DNA from: Promethearchaeota archaeon Loki_b31
GTDB lineage: Archaea > Asgardarchaeota > Lokiarchaeia > Sigyniarchaeales > SOKP01
DNA: 54,459 bases
Direction of reading: 5' to 3'
Assembly (NCBI GenBank): GCA_005222975.1
Contig: NJBI01000018.1
Location: 1-54,459, forward strand
In this document: one piece after another, positions 50,140 through 54,459 of the stretch
How the letters are laid out: every line of letters begins with the position of its first letter
Position numbering within the stretch: position 1 is the stretch's first letter
The notes under the pieces: generated by a model
What the model saw: the letters and a program-made list of their open reading frames with translations, nothing else
Told to the model about the DNA's origin: nothing
Database searches by the model: none
Program-made: the position numbers and the translations under genes

Positions 50140-51249
50140 ATGCCTACAAATAATAAGAATAAACACATTTACGACAAAAAGATCCGGAATTATGAAAAGG
50201 AAGTCATAAAATTCTTTGTAGAATACGGAAAAAATAAAAGATCTGATATTGAATCTCATATTCTTGCTTACATTTTATTACGCGAAGGACAATGGCTAAC
50301 TCAAGAAAACATTAGAGAATTATCACTCATTTTTTATGAAACTGAATTTAAAAAAGGCATTTCACAGGGTTCTATATCCCAAATTCTAAATAATTTCGTA
50401 GAATATAGCGTTCTAAATAAAAGAAAACTTGAGACTAAAAAGAACGCTTTTGAATATTCAATGTCAGGAGCTTTTAATCAAGTAATGTCTTCTGCTATAG
50501 GATATGGAGTAGAGGAGATGGAGAAGTATATCTTGTTCTTGAAGAAAAAATTAGCCTCTTTGGAAAAAATTGAATATAAAAGTAATGAAGTTGAATTTCT
50601 AAGAGTTAGGCTAAATGAAAGAGTAAAGGAATTAATAGAATTCTTTATTTTTCATAAGGCTCTCTATGAAGAAATGTTCAAGATACCCAATGATAAAAAG
50701 AAAAATATCAGTAAACCAGAAGATCTAAGTGATTTTCAAATTAAGAAGTCTCTTAGAGAAATTGAAAGAGATATTATTGAGTTTATAATAAATTGTCCAT
50801 TATTCAGGTTTGGAAAGATGAAAGGCACTCATTACCCGATTATTGCTTATTTCTTTACTAGGAAGAGATTAACTCAAGAAAAACTAAAAGAACTTACGGG
50901 TTTCTCTGCCGGAATGGTTTCTGAAGGTTTAAATTATATGCTTCAGGAAGGGTACATAAATTTAGATAAAGTTAAAGGTATTAGAGTACGGTATTACGAA
51001 TTAAATTCAATTGCCTATTATAATTATCTACATCTATTCCGGATCGTCAAATCAAATTCTGAATTATTTACAAGGTTAGATGCTATAAGCAGTGAAATAA
51101 GAGCAAAAAGAACTGAGTTAAAAGATATTAATGGATATCGCATTATAAATAAGCGAGTTAAACAATTTTTAAATGCAAAACCCGTGGTTGAGAAATTATT
51201 AATATCATTCAAAGATGCAATGGAAAAGTTTAAACATAAACCACAATAA
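50140..51249 (+). CDS. Transcriptional regulator with two tandem GbsR/MarR-like winged-helix modules
   Basis: Repeated motifs LTQENIRELS...ISQGSISQIL and LTQEKLKELTGFSAGMVSEGL, each followed by a coiled coil. Confidence 0.75.
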   Translation: MPTNNKNKHIYDKKIRNYEKEVIKFFVEYGKNKRSDIESHILAYILLREGQWLTQENIRELSLIFYETEFKKGISQGSISQILNNFVEYSVLNKRKLETKKNAFEYSMSGAFNQVMSSAIGYGVEEMEKYILFLKKKLASLEKIEYKSNEVEFLRVRLNERVKELIEFFIFHKALYEEMFKIPNDKKKNISKPEDLSDFQIKKSLREIERDIIEFIINCPLFRFGKMKGTHYPIIAYFFTRKRLTQEKLKELTGFSAGMVSEGLNYMLQEGYINLDKVKGIRVRYYELNSIAYYNYLHLFRIVKSNSELFTRLDAISSEIRAKRTELKDINGYRIINKRVKQFLNAKPVVEKLLISFKDAMEKFKHKPQ

Positions 51250-51369
51250 AAAAAGAAGGAAATATAAAGAATTAGAATTATGAGGGCAATCAAAATAATC
51301 AGTGAAATTAAGGATTAAGCGGGTCTATATAGTAGAAAAAACAATTTTAAAAATTTTTTTGATGATGGT

Positions 51370-51484
51370 GGGTTGTCATTCCCGTAATACTTTCAATAAA
51401 TATTATTAGAAATCCCAAATTAATCAATATAAGAACATAAAGATTACTATTAGAATGGTTTGTATTTATGAAGAAAAAGAGAGT
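51370..51484 (+). repeat. Direct repeat B, native copy at the 5' end of the COG2403 gene
   Basis: Matches 48452-48566. Confidence 0.9.
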
Positions 51485-52808
51485 TGTTATAATAGGGGCA
51501 TTAGGCTTCGACTTCCATTTATTTAATACGGTCTTCAAAGATAATGAAGAATACGAGGTAATAGCTTTTACTATTGCCGGAGAGCAGAATGTAGGCACAA
51601 TTGAGGGAGCGGAAAGAAAATATCCAGCAGAACTTTCCGGAAAACTCTATCCTACGGGCATCCCTATGGTATCAGAAGATAGTCTAGAAGATTTTGTCAG
51701 AAAATACGAAGTAGATGAGGTCGTTTTTGCGTATTCTGATGTTTCGCACGAGGAAGTTATGCATAAAGCATCTAGAGCGCTAGCTGCGGGAGCTAACTAT
51801 CGTTTAATATCGGGAAAATTCACCCAAATTAAATCCAAAAAACCAGTTGTAGCTATATGTGCTGTTAGAACTGGATGTGGTAAAAGCCAAGTTTCCCGAG
51901 CAACTTATAGGTATTTAATGAGCAAAGGTTATAAAGTTGTAGCAGTAAGAGAACCAATGCCTTATGGAGATTTAGTAAAGCAAAATGTTATGCGTTTTGA
52001 GAAGTACGAAGATTTAGATAAGTACGAGTGCACGATCGAGGAGCGGGAAGAATACGAACCTTATATTGAGCAGGGACTTGTGATTTATTCTGGAGTAGAT
52101 TATGAAAAAATTGTTAGGGAAGCAGAAAAAGAAGCGGATGTAATTATATTTGACGGTGGAAACAACGAGCTATCGTTTTACATTCCAGATTTGCTTTTCA
52201 TCGTAGTAGACCCATTAAGACCGGGACACGAGATGAAATATCATCCCGGCGAAGTGAATGCCCGATCTGCCGATGCGTTCGTTATCAATAAAATGAATAA
52301 CGCTAAACCAGAAGACATTAAAATCGTTGAGGATAATTTAAACGAATTAAATCCTAACGCAACAAAAATATATACAAACTCAGTTGTTACCGTCGAAGGT
52401 AATCTCGATTTAAAGGGCAAAAAAGTAATTGTTGTAGAAGATGGGCCAACTTTAACACATGGTAGTATGTCGTACGGCGCGGGGTTTGTTGCTGCAACCA
52501 ATAGTGGAGCTATAATTATAGATCCAAAACCTTATGTAACAGGTACTATGAAAAAAGTCTTTGAAGAATTTCCGCAGATCACACAGATAGTTCCAGCTAT
52601 GGGGTACAACGACCAACAGATTAAAGACATGGAAGAAACCTTAAATAAAGCTGAATGCGAAATTATAATTGATGGCAGCCCGATTGATCTTGAAAAATTA
52701 ATTAATAGCAATAAACCTATCATTAGAGTCTCTTACGATATAGAACCGGTCAAAAGTCCGACGATTGAAGAGGCCTTAGACAAATTTATTGAGAAGAATC
52801 TGAAGTAA
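51468..52808 (+). CDS. COG2403 P-loop protein (cyclic 2,3-diphosphoglycerate synthetase-like family)
   Basis: DFH.FN, AVRTGCGKS P-loop, PMPYG, EEREEYE, DGGNN, VEDGPT.THG, PAMGY motifs. Confidence 0.85.
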   Translation: MKKKRVVIIGALGFDFHLFNTVFKDNEEYEVIAFTIAGEQNVGTIEGAERKYPAELSGKLYPTGIPMVSEDSLEDFVRKYEVDEVVFAYSDVSHEEVMHKASRALAAGANYRLISGKFTQIKSKKPVVAICAVRTGCGKSQVSRATYRYLMSKGYKVVAVREPMPYGDLVKQNVMRFEKYEDLDKYECTIEEREEYEPYIEQGLVIYSGVDYEKIVREAEKEADVIIFDGGNNELSFYIPDLLFIVVDPLRPGHEMKYHPGEVNARSADAFVINKMNNAKPEDIKIVEDNLNELNPNATKIYTNSVVTVEGNLDLKGKKVIVVEDGPTLTHGSMSYGAGFVAATNSGAIIIDPKPYVTGTMKKVFEEFPQITQIVPAMGYNDQQIKDMEETLNKAECEIIIDGSPIDLEKLINSNKPIIRVSYDIEPVKSPTIEEALDKFIEKNLK

Positions 52809-53084
52809 TAATTTTTTTAATTTAATTTAAGGGGCTATTTAATATCATTACAAGTGCCTCTTTATTATCATTTTATACTAATTAGTTGTTCTCCCAATGA
52901 TAATTTGTAAGTCCTGCTTTTCCATAAGCAAATAAAGTTAACTTTCTGAAAAGAAATGTTGAAATAATTTTTCTAATTTGATCCAAGAATCTCTATCAGA
53001 TAACTTGAATTTCTCTCCGTCTTGTTTGAATAAATTGAATTTTAAATTTAATCTCTATTTCTGTGACTATAAAATTTATATAGA

Positions 53085-53143
53085 AAAACTTACTTATAGT
53101 AATTATATTACCGACAGTAAGTTCGTCACTATAAGTAAGTTTT
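53085..53143. promoter_or_regulatory. Perfect 16-bp inverted repeat containing three TTAC-N5-GTAA-like boxes; probable TetR operator
   Basis: AAAACTTACTTATAGT (53085-53100) / ACTATAAGTAAGTTTT (53128-53143); boxes start at 53090, 53108 and 53126. Confidence 0.65.
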
Positions 53144-53175
53144 AAATAAAACTAAAAAAACAGAAGGTCATTTCC

Positions 53176-54057
53176 ATGGTTGTCGAAATCTATTACTTTT
53201 CAGGGACAGGAAACTCACTCTACATCGCAAGAGAATTGCAAAACAGAATTCCGGGTTTGAGACTCATCCCAATTGCAGCTCTCTTAAATAAAAGATTAAA
53301 CGAGAGGAATAAAAATATAGAATCTACCTCAGAAACTATTGGGTTTGTCTTTCCCTGTCATGGGCTAACTATCCCCATTTCAGTAAAGAAATTCTTAAAA
53401 AGCCTTGATCTAACATCTTCCAAGTATCTTTTTGCGATTGCAACACGCGGGGGCAGCATCTTTCGCGGTTTTTCAACCATTGATAAAATTCTTAACAAAC
53501 AAGGAAAAAATTTAGATGCAAGCTTTATCATCAACATGGCTTTGAATGATCCAAAGTTGAAATCTTTTACTATTCCAACAAGCGAGGAACTAGATGCAAT
53601 TGAAAAGAAAGTACAAGAAAAACTCATCCTTATTCATGAAACTATAATCAATCATGAAACATATCACGACAACACGAGCGGAGTTACTTTTTCACGCTTT
53701 AACTCACTCAACTACATTTTAGAACGACTTGTGACATTTACAGTCCATCATGTAGCTCCAAAAGTTAAAAAGTATTTTTATGCAGATTCAAAATGTACGG
53801 GTTGCGGAACCTGCGAGAAAGTTTGCCTCTCTCAGAAAATTACTATAGTGAATGATAAGCCTTTGTGGCAGCGCAATGTTGATTGTTACCTATGTTATAC
53901 TTGTTTGAATTATTGTCCTACCCATGCAATTCAAATCTATTCGAAGTTCTATATGAAATCCTTTACTAAAGAGAAAGGACGATATCCACATCCTTATGCA
54001 GGAGTTAAAGATATGATTATCCAAAAATCCAATGAATATACCCCTAGATCACTATAG
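53176..54057 (+). CDS. EFR1-family flavodoxin-ferredoxin fusion
   Basis: YFSGTGNS flavodoxin start; CxxCxxCxxxC twice. Confidence 0.85.
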   Translation: MVVEIYYFSGTGNSLYIARELQNRIPGLRLIPIAALLNKRLNERNKNIESTSETIGFVFPCHGLTIPISVKKFLKSLDLTSSKYLFAIATRGGSIFRGFSTIDKILNKQGKNLDASFIINMALNDPKLKSFTIPTSEELDAIEKKVQEKLILIHETIINHETYHDNTSGVTFSRFNSLNYILERLVTFTVHHVAPKVKKYFYADSKCTGCGTCEKVCLSQKITIVNDKPLWQRNVDCYLCYTCLNYCPTHAIQIYSKFYMKSFTKEKGRYPHPYAGVKDMIIQKSNEYTPRSL

Positions 54058-54134
54058 TAAATACCTTACTATTGGTAAAATAAATAACTTATAGTAACGC
54101 AAAGTGATTAAAAAAATATAAGTGGTGAATTAAG

Positions 54135-54459
54135 ATTTCCAAATTATCTAGAAGAGAACGCGAAAAATTACAGCGTCGCAACGATATACTTAAAGCTGCT
54201 GAAAATAGATTTTTTAAAAAAGGCTATGATGAGGTTTCCATGGATGATATTGCTGGAGATTTAGAGCTTTCTAAAACGACGCTCTATTTGTATTTTAAAA
54301 ATAAACCTTCGTTATATTTTGCTGTAGTAATAGAAGGCGTGGTTATCCTTAGGGATACATTTAAAAATGCTGAAAAAAGCGAGACTACTGGATTAGGAAA
54401 ATTAATGAGTATAATTCGAGCTTACTTTGATTACTCACAAATTCACTCAGACTATTATC
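54135..54459 (+). CDS. TetR/AcrR family transcriptional regulator (partial, runs off the window)
   Basis: SKLSRREREKLQRRNDILKAAE..FF.KGYDEVSMDDIA..LELSKTTLYLYFKNK HTH. Apparent ATT start behind GGTGA. Confidence 0.85.
   Translation, partial: MSKLSRREREKLQRRNDILKAAENRFFKKGYDEVSMDDIAGDLELSKTTLYLYFKNKPSLYFAVVIEGVVILRDTFKNAEKSETTGLGKLMSIIRAYFDYSQIHSDYY

Noticed and set aside
52870-53040. Possible decayed minus-strand gene fragment (...FAYGKAGLTNYHWENN)
   Set aside because: Multiple stops, no start and no recognisable family.
2016-53627. Many short antisense or overlapping ORFs in the track (e.g. 2016-2396, 8262-8582, 25208-25648, 36952-37299)
   Set aside because: They are shadows of well-supported genes on the opposite strand, with no motifs.
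1-54459. CRISPR arrays, tRNA or rRNA genes
   Set aside because: No regularly spaced repeat-spacer array or GC-rich structured RNA was seen by eye; no covariance search was run.

Overview
AT-rich archaeal chromosome segment, most likely Lokiarchaeia (Asgard). This assignment is inferred from an IPGF-TM-basic Loki-CTERM-like tail, a UEV-like/JAMM fusion, a DUF6125 gene and GGAGG/GGTGA ribosome-binding sites. A dispersed set of citric-acid-cycle genes (aconitase, fumC, sucCD, two-subunit ATP-citrate lyase, isocitrate dehydrogenase) is interleaved with accessory genes: a 2-hydroxyacyl-CoA dehydratase trio, GH2/GH63-like/GH1 glycosidases, a HypD-type glycyl radical enzyme, three toxin-antitoxin-like pairs, an archaeosortase with an adjacent target and GT-C glycosyltransferase, and several pseudogenes or deletion scars. 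An ISH3-like IS end lies at the left edge. The most striking non-coding signal is a set of direct repeats between 41.4 and 51.5 kb. One of them is a 115-bp copy of the upstream region plus first codons of the COG2403 gene, and the repeats bracket discrete gene cassettes as if these had been inserted successively at one site. Three genes also appear to start at ATT/ATA codons placed correctly behind Shine-Dalgarno motifs. All family assignments come from motif recognition by eye, not database searches.
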